Assembly (NCBI RefSeq): GCF_030144855.1
Contig: NC_082726.1
Location: 57,288,001-57,352,000, forward strand
Direction of reading: 5' to 3'
DNA length: 64,000 nt
Source: Hypanus sabinus
Lineage: Eukaryota
In this document: piece by piece, positions 12,606 to 26,299 of the stretch
Layout of the letters: every line of letters begins with the position of its first letter
Position numbering within the stretch: position 1 is the first letter of the stretch
Translations under genes and position numbers: made by a program
Notes under the pieces: model-generated
Told to the model about the DNA's origin: nothing
The model's database searches: none
What the model saw: the letters and a program-made list of their open reading frames with translations, nothing else

Positions 12606-14129
12606 CTGTGGAGAGTCAGCAAATATACAATGATTACCTGGACTGTGATACAGCTACAATGAGAAGTTGGACAAACTTGGGTGGTTTTCTCTGGAGAGTT
12701 TGAGACTGGGGGGGCAGGGTGACCTACTGAATTACATAACATTATGACAGAATAGATAGAGTTTTTTCCCCCAAGGTCAAACACTAGAGGGGACAGGTTT
12801 AAGGTGAGGTGGAAAGTTTAAAAGAAATTTGCAAGAAAAGATTTTTTAGATAGGCAGCGGCAGACTCCTGGTTTGTGCTGCCAGAGGAAGTGGTGGAAGC
12901 AGGTACAACAGCAACATTTAGGATGGATTTAAATGGATGCACAAGAAGCAGGGGAGTGAGATATATTGACCATGTCCAGGATTAACTTACAGTAAATTAG
13001 TCAGCACAGACAAGGGTCAAGGGGCCTGTTCCTGTGCTGTATTGTTCTATGTTTAAAGAAGTTTCTTGTGAATCCCTGTTTAGGGGTCAGCTATTGCAGA
13101 TGCCCTCTTGTTCTGCTCTTCCACCGTATAAGCACTATCTTAGTGCATCATGTCAAAACCTTTCATCACTTGAAAAATATTTCCTAAAGAGCAAAGAGGG
13201 TTCTTCTCTGCCAAGGAATATAAACAGCCTTTCAATCCAGGTTTGCAGACACAGGTGAATCTCCATACCTGAGGCAGACCTGAGGTATTTCTGTAACATT
13301 TCCCTCCTGTTCACAGCACACCTTGGCACATACTGTATCTCCTTGGGCAGGGAAATTTCTGGGAGACTTGGATCACATTCCTCTCTCCACTAATGCAGAA
13401 TAACTTGTCAGTGCAGTTCATGCAACACAGTCAAAACTCTAAAGTGGTTTCAGAGAAAATATTTTGAGAAGTAAATCCTGGCTTGCTACTATATGAAGAG
13501 CAATGATCCCTACAAACAAGGTTCATATCAGGAAAGTACAGAATCTTAGGTTCTGGTACACAGTCTATTCTCTTCACACTGCATTCCAGTCAATGAGAAT
13601 TCATATAGAGAAATCCACATGGAATATGGTACAGAGGGCAGTCAGCCCACCCATTCCATTATGATGTCTCTGCTCCTCCAGAGCCTCCTCTTGTCTTTGC
13701 TTCTCTAATACTGCCAGTGTAGCCCTCCACCCGCCCCCCATTTGCTTATTCCATCCTCACTTCTGTTCACCCATCCAGAGTTCTACAAATGTGTGACATC
13801 TAAATGTCAACATTTTCTGTCCCACCTTGACATTGCTAATAGGCATTCCGTACCAAGCAGCCTTCTACCTTCCTTAAGCAGCCAGATTTCAGATCAGCAA
13901 CTTCAAGGAACTCTTTATTCCTAATTCTTTACTCCCCAAAGGACTTTGGAACAGGACTGATGGGTTGAGGGGCATCCAACAAACCCCAACCCTCCCTATT
14001 CATAGACCTTATACTATGAATGGTAAGGCACTAGGAAATGGAACTAAGAGTCTTAGGAGCACAAGTGGAAAGTTTGTTTGTTTAAAGAATATGATGAATT
14101 AAAAATATGATCTGAACTGAAAATATACT

Positions 14130-14840
14130 ATGAAAGATAGGGCACTCAGGAGTGCAATAGACAGAGTAGCCTAGGGGTACTATGTCTGTAGTTTATCGGA
14201 AGTGTCACATATAGACACGGTGGTGAAAAGGGCACTAAGCACGCTGGCTTTCATCAGTCAGGGCACCGACAATGGGATTTGGGACATTATACTGCAGTTT
14301 TACAAGATTTTGGCAAGGCCACACTTGGAGTACTGTGTATAGTTTTAGTCAACCGGTTATGACAAGGATGTGGTTAAACTGGAAAGAAAGAAGATCGAAG
14401 ATTGATGAGGATTTTGCCAGGACTAGACAACCTGATTTATAGGGAGAGGTTGGCCTGACTAGGTCTTTATTACTTGGGCCACATAGATGTGTAAAATTCT
14501 GAGAGGCATAGATAAGGGGGATGGTAACAGTCTTTTCCTCATGGTAGTGGAAGGCAAAACTGCAGGGTGTAAGGTTAGGGTGAGGTGGGAAGGGTTTCAG
14601 AGGGAGCTGAGGGGCTAATGACAGGTGGTGAGTATATGGAAGCAGAGGAACTGGTTGAGACAGGTACAGTACAATCTTATCATTTAAGAAGCACTTGGAT
14701 GGGTACAAGAAGGGATAAGGCTTGGAGGGATTTTGGATGAACGTAGGAAATTGGGACTCACTGGGTGAGCACTGTGGTCTCCATGAACTGGTTGGGCTGA
14801 AAGACCTGTATCCAAGCTGTATTGCTCAACAATTATATGA
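14130..14840 (+). mobile_element. Decayed CR1 LINE 3' fragment
   Basis: Contains aggccacacttggagtactgtgt, aggattttgccaggact, gtatatgg and a CR1-type 3' end. Confidence 0.82.
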
Positions 14841-15420
14841 CTTATTTCAATAACATGTCATCACTGAACTGGATGGTCATGGCACACAAGGGGATCATAT
14901 TCAAGCAAGACAGGTCCAAGCCGTGGTACTGTTCTGTAGGGGTGGCCTGGTTGTGTAGCCATTAACATAATGCTCTACAGCACTGGCTGTAATATCAGGA
15001 TTCGCTTCCCAGTGACCACGTGGGCCCCCTGTGGGTGCCTAACGTATGGTTGGGACTGGTGAGTTGTGGGCATGCTACATTGGCACCTGAAGTGTGGTGG
15101 CATTTGCAGGCTACCCCCAGCACAATCCTCACAGATTTGATTTGATACCCACAACACATTTTGCTGTTGGTGTTGTTGTTCCTTTTCATGCCCTGTGGCA
15201 TATCAGGCAGCATTTTTTTTGCTGCTTCTGTACGCTCTGACTGTTTTTCATGAGGCCGAGTTGTTAGCTTGGATGGAAAGCATGCAAGGAGCTGGCCAGA
15301 TTCAAACTTGGGACAATTCGCATCAAAGTCCAGTGCTGATGCCACCACACCACTGGCTGGCAGACATTTTGAAGTACAGGTGACAAATAAAACTAATCCT
15401 TTAAGCTGTAAAGAGGTTAC

Positions 15421-15554
15421 CTGCACAGGAAGGCCATCCACCCTCAGCCCAAGGCCTCCATTCTCCGTCATCAGTCTGTGGTAGACGTCCTGGCCCAGGG
15501 GCACGCCTGAGAACCCCACGGGACTCCGGTTGAACCAGCTTACAGTGTTCATCA
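15421..15554 (-). CDS. CCDC33: CCDC33-like internal exon (MNTVSWFNRSPVGFSGVPLGQDVYHRLMTENGGLGLRVDGLPVQ)
   Basis: Acceptor ctcctttctcatcatcag, donor CAG|gtaacc, 134 nt, phase 1-0. Resembles recalled human PWTLNQPLGISVLPL...[20 protein letters not shown]. Confidence 0.88.
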
Positions 15555-15608
15555 CTGATGATGAGAAAGGAGCAGGAATATGCTTTACTCACCCCCTCAA
15601 GCAGCAGG

Positions 15609-15622
15609 GTAACCGTAGCAAC
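15609..15622. promoter_or_regulatory. RFX X-box motif match GTAACCGTAGCAAC
   Basis: Fits GTNRCC(N0-3)RGYAAC and lies ~55 bp upstream (minus-strand sense) of exon 15554-15421. Motif match only. Confidence 0.45.
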
Positions 15623-16139
15623 CGGTCACTCAGGCCCTCAAGCCCAACCCACCAATCAATACATCACTCCAGAACTAAGATAAAACACCAATAACTTAGC
15701 TGCATATTACTGAGCACCCCTCTCAAAAAAAAACCCATCCAATTTTTGTACCATTATCTTCCACTGCAGTTTGCTGGAGCTTGTACATTCTCTCCATGAC
15801 TGTGCAGGTTTCCTCCGGCTGCTCTGGTCTCCTCCCACTTTCCAGAGACGTATGGGTTAGTAGGTTAATTGGTCACATGGGCATAACTGGCAGCATGAGC
15901 TCATTGGGCCAGAAGGGCCTATTACCATACTGTATCTCTAACATATAAAGAATTATAAACTCCACTAGTCACCTTCGGAAAGACAATCCCAGAATTCAAC
16001 TGCCCTTTATTCCTGAGTAAACCAGATTATGCCCCAGGCTTTGGAACCTTGCCACTATCTGCCCCCCTCACTCATTATCTGGGGAATAATTTTACAGGTT
16101 AGTAGTTCATGCTCCAGGGAAACTCCAGGATCTTACTTG

Positions 16140-16617
16140 CTTCCGCACGGTGCTTCCTGAATTAGAAGGCATATGCCATGAGGAGAGGTTGGACAAATTT
16201 GGGTTGTTTTCTCTGCAGACTGTGGAAAGGCCAGATGGAATTTTATCAGATTATGAGGAGCATGGACAGAATAGACAGGCAGATCTTTCTCCCAGAGTCA
16301 AAATGCCTAATAGCCGAGGAAATGAACTTAAACTGAGAAGGTGTAAATCCTCCGGAGATGCATGGGGTAAATTTTATTTACACGGGGAGTGGTGGATGAC
16401 TGGAATGCACTGCCAGGGGTGGTTTTGGAGGCAGATACAATAGAGGTGTCTAAGAGGCTCTTGGATAGATACACAAATGTGCAGAGACTGGGGAGATATG
16501 GACCTTGTGTAGGTGGGAAGGATTAGTTTAGTGGACTTTGAATTCCTAGTTAAATTAGTTTGGCAGAATATCACGGGCCAGAGGGCCTGTTCTTGTGCTA
16601 TACTGCTCTATGTTCTA
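16140..16617 (+). mobile_element. CR1 LINE 3' fragment
   Basis: Encodes MLPELEGICHEERLDKFGLFSL, with a tactgctctatgttcta tail. Confidence 0.85.
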
Positions 16618-19250
16618 AGTTCCAAAGAGATAGTGACACTATAACTGCCCATTATGGCTCAATATAGGACCTTCCCCAGTTTACAAAAACCCGACTTGTG
16701 TACAGTCCAGAAAATGCCACTTTTATATCTGGTTATAACCAAACTAACCAGTACGTTCCAAAAGGACAGCTGAAACGTTAACGAGTATAAACAATGGATT
16801 GAGCCCCACTCGACCTCTCACCCAAACCAACACGACATCTCCCTCTCACCCCCATCCCTTTATCGCACTCTCCTCTTTACTCTCCACAGAATGAAAACTG
16901 ATCTGATGCTGGACAAGAGTTGCTGCCTTGGAGATTCCAAACACAATCTCACCCATCATCTCAGACAGGAGTAGAGGAGACTGAGCCTTAACGTTTTAGG
17001 AACAGTTTTTTACCCTCAGCCATCAGATTTCTGAATGGCCCATGAAACCATGAACACTATCTCACTATTTTTGCCCTATTTTTGCACTACTTATTTAAGT
17101 TAATTTATACATGTATAAATTTTTATCGCATAGTATATTTGATGCATTGAACTGAACTGCTGCCACAAAACAACAAATGTCACGATATATGTTAGTGATA
17201 ATATAAATGTTTCTGTGTCTGATTCCTCTTCATGTGGGGCAGATGTGCTCTGATGGAGCTGGTTAAAGAGGAACAATATTTTGCAAATTAAATCTCTTCT
17301 TTAGATTCCACCCATCAATGACATAGATGTGGAGGAACATTGCCCTTCTTTCATTCCACATGGATCAAGATTCTCAGGCAATAAGAGATGATTAATGTGT
17401 GGAGCAAACACTACATCACAACACCAGAGCCCAGGGTTCAATTCTGAACCCAGAACCTGAGTGTTAAGTGGCCACTGAACATTGTGTGCAAGGGAATTAG
17501 ACGGGGATAATGGAACCTTGTTACCGGCTTGTAGCGTAGTGACATCAGCACCGGACTTCCAGGCAAATGGTCCCAGTTTCAAATCTGGCCTGCCTCTTGC
17601 ATGCCTTCCTTCCATGCTGGGTTGAGTGCCAAGCTAGCAACTCAGCCTCGTGAAGAAACAGACAAATGCTAAGGAAACGGCAAAAAAATGCGGCCCAATG
17701 CACCATAAGGCACAATGCAGGACAACAGTGGAATGCTGCAACACAAGACAAGCCCTTTATCCCAAAATGTTGAGCCAAAGTGAACTAAATAATCCTTTCT
17801 GCCTGAACAACATCCATAACCCTCTATTCTCTGCACAAGAATGGGGCGGTGGGGGAGGAGGTGGAGAATCTGATTGAAACTTATCGAATGTTTAAGGGCC
17901 TCAAAAGAGTGCATGGGGAGAGGATGTTTCCTATGGTTGGAGAGTCTAAGACCATTTAGGACAGAGATGAGGAGGAATTTCTTTAGCAAGAACGGTGGAT
18001 CTGTGGATTCCTTACCTCAGGCAGCTCTAGAGGCCAAGTCTTTAGGTATACAAGGCAGAACCTGATAGATTCTTGATTAGTGGGGACATAAAGGATATGG
18101 AAAGAAGGCAAGAGATTGGGGCTGAGAGACGATATGGATCAGCCATGATGAAATGGTGGAGCAGACTCGATGGGCCAAATGTATGGTCTTATTCATGTTC
18201 CCTTACCAAGAACTTCTTAAACATGCCTTTCATGTTTGCCTCCACAACCACCCGGAGCAAAACATTCCAGGCATCCACAATTATTTACTAGAACTTGCCC
18301 CACTCGTCTCCTTTGAACATCCCCCTCCCCAGCTTCATTTATTTTTTATTTAGCGATGGAGCACAGAGTAGGCCCTTGCAGCCCTTCATGCCATGCCACC
18401 CCAGCAACCCCCAACAAATCCAATTAACCCTAACGTAATCATGGAACAGTCTACAACAACCAATTAACCTACCCGGTACATGTTTAGACAGTGGGAGGAA
18501 ACCAGAGCACCCAGGGAAACCCACACATTCCACCAGGAGGACATACAGACTCCCTACAGACAGGCACTGGAACTGAATTCTGAAATGCCCCGAGCTGTAA
18601 TAGTGTCACACTAACCACTATGCCGCCATGGTCCCTTAAATACATGCCCTCTGGTATTAGGCATGTTGCCCCTTGGAAATAGCTACCAGCTGTCTATCTG
18701 TGTTACTCATAATCTGATTAACTGGCTCCCCCTCTGCCCCTGCCACTCCACAGGAAACAAACAACTTCGTTCAACCTCTCCTCACGGTGCCCGCCATCTC
18801 ATGCAGTCAGTACAAAGTGAAAGCAAATAAAATCACTCCTAAATCCCAGAGTCTACCTATAGCTAATAATCTGTAAAATTATTCCTGGATAACGAGTGAG
18901 AGGGGCAGCTATAAGGTTCCAGACTTGGGGCATAAACTGGGTTATTCAGGAATAAAGTTAAGCAAGGACACTCTGTAAAAATGAATCTGCTCCGCACATT
19001 TCCTTCAAATTTATCCCTCTCATCTTCTATGTACGTCCTCTAGTATTAGACACTTTGATTCCGGGAGGAAGATTTTGATCCAGCTGACTACTCTGTAATG
19101 AAGTTTCCTGGTCTGAAATGGTCGACTGCTTATTCCCTTCCTGAGATGCTGCCTGACCTGCTGAGTTCTTCCTGTATTCTAGTGTGCATTGCTCTGAATA
19201 CTCTGTCCGTGTGATAAATAAATCTGAATCTGAGAGACACGTCCACAAAC

Positions 19251-19380
19251 CCAGGGAGACGCAGTAGTACTCGATGATGAGGGCTGCTCCCACAGTGAAG
19301 ATGGTGGCACAGTCTCGGCCCTGAAACAGGAAGGAGTGATCCCAAACTGGCTGTTCCTGAGGGAAACCTGCATGAGACAC
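19251..19380 (-). CDS. CCDC33: CCDC33-like internal exon ([43 protein letters not shown])
   Basis: Acceptor ccccactccccag, donor G|gtttgt, 130 nt, phase 0-1. Strong resemblance to recalled human [31 protein letters not shown]. Confidence 0.9.
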
Positions 19381-20214
19381 CTGGGGAGTGGGGTGGAGGG
19401 AGGGGGATGAGAACAAGAGCATCAGTGATATAGTTACAGATAAACACTACCCCTCACAGTCTTCAAACATTCCACAGCACTGTTGAATTAGACTGCATAA
19501 TTATTATTTTCTTTGCAGTTTAACTTTTAATACCTGTATTAAATCACCAATATGCATGTAATTGTTCGGTGTGTTTCCGAGTGTTTATCGTTCTGTCCCT
19601 TTCTAGAAGCTTTTTTGGTATCACGTTATTTGAATAGGGGCCATCTGATTGGTTAACTCTTACCTACAAATTTGAAAGGAATGTCACTTATCTATAGCAT
19701 AAGAAGGCCAGAGCATATTGGCCCGCCATCTGTCTTGCTTCTTTCCCTTCCCCTACTAGACTCCGTTTCCAATTCCTTAGTCCTCTTAACTCTTAATAAA
19801 ACAACCACATAGCAACAAGTTTTATGTCTCTTTCTTGACATCCAAAAGTACCTTGGATCAAAAATATCAGAATCCAACAGCACCTAACGGTAGCCATTGA
19901 AAAAAAAAACATTCACAGAGGGGGCACAGAGGAATGTGGCAGCTATTCATGCACAGCAAGATCCCACTCCATACTAGCCTAACTAGCATGTGGTATAACA
20001 CTGAGACAAGGTGGGGTACGGGACCAGAGGGGAAATAATGACTGAGGAAGGCCATGCACCCCATCTTTCCAAACATCCTGTTAAAACTGTAGTGTGATCA
20101 CTTGAATCAAGTATGAAGTTCTCCAATGGAGTTGTCTATCAATGGGCCCTCAGGTGGCCACAGAGGCTCATCTGGCATCCAGATAATCGGGACATTAGGA
20201 TGGATTTCCTTCAT

Positions 20215-20585
20215 GGAGAATGGAGTAAACAGCTGGGAATTCCATTGGTGAAAGAGACAAAGGGCTGGAGAAGGGGGAATCTGATGGGAGAGGGGAGAAG
20301 ACCATGGAAGAAAGGGAAAGGGAAGGTGCACCAGATGGAGGTGATAGGAGGTGAGAAGAGAAGATGTGAGAGGGAAACAGGAACGGGGAATGGTGAAGGA
20401 GAGGGGTGGAGGGCAATTACTGAAAGTTCGAGAGATCAATGTAATGCCATCAGGATGGAGACTACACAGAATATAAGATGTTGCTCCATCAACCTGAATG
20501 TGACCTCATTGTAGCAGTAGAGGAGACAGTGGACTGACGGTATAGGAATGGGAAGTAAAGTTGAAGTGGGTGGCCAGCAGGAAAT
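20215..20585 (-). mobile_element. Penelope-like element fragment (GIY-YIG C-terminus and pLTR)
   Basis: The reverse strand encodes EQHLIF..SLHPDG-like residues followed by the same pyrimidine-rich tract as 53900-54200. Confidence 0.7.
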
Positions 20586-21006
20586 GTGAAGACGGGAGGG
20601 AGAGTGAAGCATGGCAATGTAGATAAAATTGGTTCTCTCACATCTCCGCGTGGGACAGAATCAGTCCTTTAAAGAGGGGGATCCCTTATCACTTCCCACT
20701 GGGCTACTTGCAGTAGATAAGACTGTATAACCAGCTGTCAATCATCACAGCCAGAATGAGCCCCAGGACAGGGATATTTCCACCTTGTCTCACTGTAGCT
20801 CCATCTGTCTTCCTTCTACTGCACCCAGGGCAGAACACACACTCTCACTGCACAGACAGATTAGTGCTGCTGCTCCCTGAAGCCTCATAAATGTCACTTT
20901 GTTTGTGTATGAGTCTCTATCACAGTTCCCGCAAGTGCCTCAGTGGCGAAGTCCAGTGTCCATCACTGTACCCAGCATCACGGAAATGGCAGCAGAGCAA
21001 GAGGAC

Positions 21007-21176
21007 TACAGGAGTGGTGCTGGGGGATGGGTGTAGGAGTGCTGTGGGAGGTGGGTGTAGGAGTGCTGCTGGGGGGTGGGTGTAGGAGTGCTGCTGGGGG
21101 GTGGATGTAGGAGTGGTGCTGGGGGGTGGGTGTAGGAGTGCTGCTGGGGGGTGAGTTGTAGGAGAGCTGCAGGGGT
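21007..21176. repeat. G-rich minisatellite, ~25-bp unit TGTAGGAGTGCTGCTGGGGGGTGGG, about 7 copies
   Basis: Directly visible tandem units. Confidence 0.92.
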
Positions 21177-22734
21177 TTAAGGAGCATTTAAAAAGGCACA
21201 AGAACATGCAGAGAATGGAGGGATGTGATCACTTGGGTTTAGTTTAAGTTTTTATCATGGTTGGCACAGGCATTGTGGACCAAAAGGTCCGTTCTTGTGC
21301 TGTACTATCCAATGTTCTAGCGATGCGGCTAGTAGAGACGTTGCCTCATAATTCTGGTGAGTGTGAGTGTGAGTGTGTGTGTGTGCGTGTGTATCTTTAT
21401 TTTTTTTAATTTATCCATATATCGTGGAACACGCCCTCCAGAAACCCACCCTAGCCTAATCACTGGATAATTTACAATGACTGATTAACCAGTATGTCTT
21501 TGGACTGTGGAAAGAAACTGGAGCATCGAAAGGAAACCCACGTGTTCACAGAAGGTGCCAGAACCATACTCCGAGCTCTGGTGCCTGAGCTGTCATAGTG
21601 TCACAGCAACCACTGCATTACCGGGGCTTCCACCTGTCCGTGTACATTCACCACATGACTGCACGGGTGATCTCGTTTTCACCCACATCCAAATATCATG
21701 CAAGTTGGAAGCCGGCCACTTGTGTGGGAGAATGGAAGAATCTCGGGGGGAGATGATAGGGATGTGGGGAGAATAAGAAGGAATTATTGTAGGGCCATTG
21801 TGAATAGTGAGTCTGTTTCAGTGCTGTGTGTTTCATCCTGACACCAACAGCAGAGTTGGGGTTGATACAACTACAGCGACGTTGGGTCAGATGTGAAAAC
21901 AATCCGAACTCCACAAGCTCCAATTGGCTTTGAACTCACGTCTGCAAAGTCACTGCTCTGTGGATAATGCAGAGAACCTCCCCTGAACACCCAGCAAAGC
22001 TTGGAGGTGGGGCCTTGCCTCCTGTCAAAGCTGTAAGTGATGGTGAAAAGCTTTTGCCTACATGCCATTACACACATTACATTTCGCATTCTTCTGCTGT
22101 TTTCCTTCATACTACCTCAATGCTAATGAAATGATCATACAGATGACATGTGAAACAAAGATTTTCACTGTACATGGGACAATGCTAATCCAATTTACTA
22201 ACTGCACATCCCAGATAGTGACCTTTGATTACTTCTCTTTTTCTCTCCACAGGTGCCTCCCGACCTGCTGAGTATTTCCACCAATTGCTAATCTCACAAT
22301 GTCAGGCCTTCTCCTCAGTGGGCCATACCGCCTGACCCACACCCTCTCCTGGGATCTGGCTCTTCCAGGAGTTTCTCTCAGCCACTCCAGGAGTTTTCCA
22401 TCCACCCACACGATACGCAGTCCCACACTCTTTCTACCATGGAGCCCATGTCTGTGGGTAGCAACAATGAACTGCAAAGGACTCAAGGATGGGTACTGAA
22501 ACAAAGTGCTCATCAGTGAGTTAAAACACTTCATGGAGTTCAATGCTAAAGCAAAGTCAGGGGCTGAAAATCTGAAATAAGAATGGAACTTGTTGGTAAT
22601 ACCTGGAAGGTCAGGCAGCATCTGTGGGGGAGAAAACAGAGTTAACACTTCAGGTCAGTGACCTCTGACAAGTTCCGTTTCTCTCTCCATAGATGTTTCC
22701 TGCCCTGCCTATTACTTTAAAATATAGAAATGTA

Positions 22735-23270
22735 TTGACAGACAGACAGACGTACTTTATTGATCCCGAGGGAAACTGGGTTTCGTTACAGTTGCACCAA
22801 GAGTAGAAATATAGCAAAATAAAACCAGAAATAATTAAATAATAATAAGTAAATTATGCCAAGTGGAAATTAGTCCAGGACCAGCCTATTGGCTCAGGGT
22901 GTCTGACACTCTGAGGGAGGAGTTGTAAAGTTTGATGGCCACAGGCAGGAATGACTTCCTATGACGCTCAGTGTTGCATCTCGGTGGAATGAGTCTCTGG
23001 CTGAACGTACTCCTGTGCCTAACCAGCACATTATGGAGTGGATAGGAGACATTGTCCAAGATGGCATGCAACTTGGACAGTATCCTCCTTTCAGACACCA
23101 CCGTCAGAGAGTCCAGTTCCACCCCCACAACATCACTGGCCTTGCGAATGAGTTTGTTGATTCTGTTGGTGTCTGCTCCCCTCAGCCTGCTGCCCCAGCA
23201 CACAACAGCAAACATGATAGCACTGGCCACCACAGACTCGAAGAACATCCTCAGCATCGTCCGGCAGATG
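22735..23270 (-). mobile_element. Rex1/Babar-like LINE 3' fragment
   Basis: Encodes FFESVVASAIMFAVVCWG...RHRKSFLPVAIKLYNS, with AATAAA followed by a (GTCT)n tail. Confidence 0.85.
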
Positions 23271-24409
23271 TAATTTATGTAACTTAACCGGTACTTCCCA
23301 CAGAAACAGGTAAGCTAACTCAGATAAATTAGCACAACTAATAAAAGTCAAATTACTTTTCCCAAATTTTGTCTTTCTTTTTCACAGCTGAGTTGTATTT
23401 TTTTTTATGTTTGTCCATCAAATTTGGCCAACGTGATAACTGTAATTGTCTGGCTGGTTGGTTGGTTATTATTGTCACATACTCTACAGATGAAGAGTCT
23501 CAGCCCAAAATATCGATTCATTATTCTATTGCATAGATGCTGCCTGACCTGCTGAGTTCCTCCAGCATTTTGTGTGCATTACTCTGATCTCCAGCACCTG
23601 CAGAATCTCGTGTTTATGATTACACAGTGCATTGAGCCAGAATCAAATAAAACAATAACAACACAGAATAAGGTGTAAAAGCTTCAAAAAAAAGTGCAAT
23701 GCAGGTATTGGTGTTGGTTTATGATTGTCACGTGTACCAAGAAAAAGTGAAAAGTGATTCTGACTGATCCCTAACCTCAATTAAGGTCTCTTCACCAGCC
23801 CAGTGGAAACCTAACACCTCCCTCACCAAAATATCAGAGACCCCTTTACCAGAATCATGTAATGTGCTTTAAGCAGAAATAGAGTGGACTGAGCCGAGGA
23901 ATGGCATTGGCAGGGAGAAATCAATATATTGAACCACATCAGTTCTCCTGCATAATGCACTTGCATAATGCTGCTCAGTAAATAATAGGCAAAGCTCTGA
24001 TTAATGGTTAGAATTTACATGAAATCTTTTTGGAAATCAAATATCATCCGTCTCTGGAAAAGCGATGGTGAAAAAAGCATGGGTAAAGCTCCAGGAAATC
24101 AACCTTATCCTCACATAATTACCAGAGGCTGCTGACCCTTTGAGCAAAGTGTGTATTTCATCGGAGTATAAATGCCGACTTGGGTAGCACTGGAACAAGA
24201 ATCATTCCCAATAAAAAAGGTTTAACCATGTAGTTGCTTTGATGAATGATTTGTCAGTGTGGGCTCCTTCCCTTTCCTTCACTTATTTATGACCTCTGGT
24301 CCGGTGACTGGGAGAGAACACAGGCTCACACCAACACCCCCACCCCGGCATCACCAGGAGAGCAGTCAGTGAGCAGTACTGCTACCGCTGGAATGTGAGG
24401 AGTGAGTGT

Positions 24410-24805
24410 TTCCTTCCCTCTCCCTCCCTCTATCACCCCCTCATGCCTTTCACTCTGTACAGCCACCCTCCTCTCACTCTCCCTTCCCCCACACCTCTCT
24501 CCACCTTTCCCAAACTCCCTCTTACTGTCTCTCATATTTTCTCTCTCTCACACGCACAATTTTTCCCATTCCCTGTTCAACATATACTCACTCCCTCCTC
24601 ACAGTACCACCTTTCTCACACTCACTCCCTCCTTCTCCCTCACACACACACTCACTCATTTTCCCCCACACACTCACTCCCTCCTTCTCCCTCACACACA
24701 CACACTCACTCATTTTCCCCCACACACTCACTCCCTCCTTCTTCCTCACACTCTCCCTCACACATTCATTTCCTCCTTCTCCCTCACACACTCATTTCCC
24801 CTCTT
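24410..24805. repeat. Pyrimidine/CA-rich low-complexity tract with ~52-bp tandem duplication
   Basis: Repeated ctcactccctccttctccctcacacacacactcactcattttcccccaca. This tract explains the overlapping H/T/S/L-rich ORFs. Confidence 0.88.
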
Positions 24806-26299
24806 CTGACGCATTTATTATTTTTGATACTTTTGGGTTCCAGCTGCATTATGTGTGTGTTGTTCAAGATTTCCTGCAACTGCAGAACCCATATTTTGCT
24901 AAACTTTCTTGAAGTGATGCCAGGAAAACATCTGTAGAGGATGTTCCCAGTGCTGCAGCCAACCTCGATGTTTCAGCCTTGTTTTCTAGTGGCAGGACTT
25001 GAAATGACAACCTTCTGACACAATGACAACCTTCTGCAGAATCAGGCCATTTGGCCCATTGAGTCTGCTCTGCTATTTCATCATTCTGCTGCTTTTTCCC
25101 CGTATCCCTTCATGTCCTGACCAATTAAAACACTATCAACCTTTCCCTTAAATATGCATAAAGACTTGGCCTCCACAGCTGCCTGTGCCAAAGAATTACA
25201 CAGATTCACCACTCTCTTGCTGAAGAAATTCCTCCTAATTTCCATTAGAAAAGTACACCACTCTATTCTGAGGCTGTGTGCTCTAGTATTAGACTTTCCC
25301 AGAATAGGAAACATCCTCTCCACATCCACTCTATCAAGACCATTCACCATTCGATAGGTTTCAATGAGCTCACGCCTTATTCTTCCAAATTCCAGTGAAT
25401 ACAGGCCCAGAGCTGTCAAGCCCTTTTCATATGACAAGCCATTCAATCTTGGAATCACATCCTTTCTGAGATAAGGGGCCTAAAACTGCTCACAGTGCTC
25501 GAAGTGTGGCCTCACCAGTACTTTATGAAGTCTGAACATTACATCCTTCCTTTATATTCTAGTCCTCTTGAAATCAATGTTAACGTCACATTTGTCTATT
25601 GAACCTTCCTCATCACAGACTCTACCCCTGCAAATTAACCTTTAGGGAATCCTATACAAGGACTCCCAAATCTCTTTGCATCTCAGTTTTTTTATATTTT
25701 CGGAAGTACCATTTAGAAAATAATCAACCCTTTCATTTCTTCTACCAAAGCTCATGACCATATACTTCTCAACACTGTCTTCCATCTCCCACTTCTTTGC
25801 CCAATAATCCTAATCTAAGTCCTTCTGCAGACTCCTTACTTCCTCAAAAATACCTGCCCTTCCTCTTATCTTCATATTGTCTGCAAACTTTGCAACAAAG
25901 CCATCAATCCCATCATCCAAATAATTGACATATAACGTAAAAAGAATCAGCCCCAACACAGACCCCTGTGGAACACCATTAGTTACTGGTAGCCAGCCAG
26001 AAAAGACTCCTTTCATTCTCACTCTTTGCTTCCTGCCAATCAGCCACTGCTTTATCCATGCTAGAATCTTTCCTGTAATACCATGGGTTCATAGCTTGTT
26101 AAGCAGCCTCATGTGTGGCACCTTGTCAAAGGCCTTCTGAGAATCCAAGTACACAACATCAATCGATTTTCCTTTGTCTATCTTGCTTGTTATTTCTTCA
26201 AAGAATTCCAACAGATTTGTCAGGCAAGATTTTCCCTTGAGGAAACGGTACTGACTACAGCCTACTTTATCATGTGCCTCCAAGTACTCCAAGTACCCT

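Noticed and set aside
21007-21176. Regularly spaced repeats as a CRISPR-like array
   Set aside because: Head-to-tail units without unique spacers, in vertebrate DNA, with no cas genes.
24395-24937. Three overlapping 135-180 aa ORFs rich in H/T/S/L/P
   Set aside because: Artefact of a G-poor low-complexity tract that lacks stop codons.
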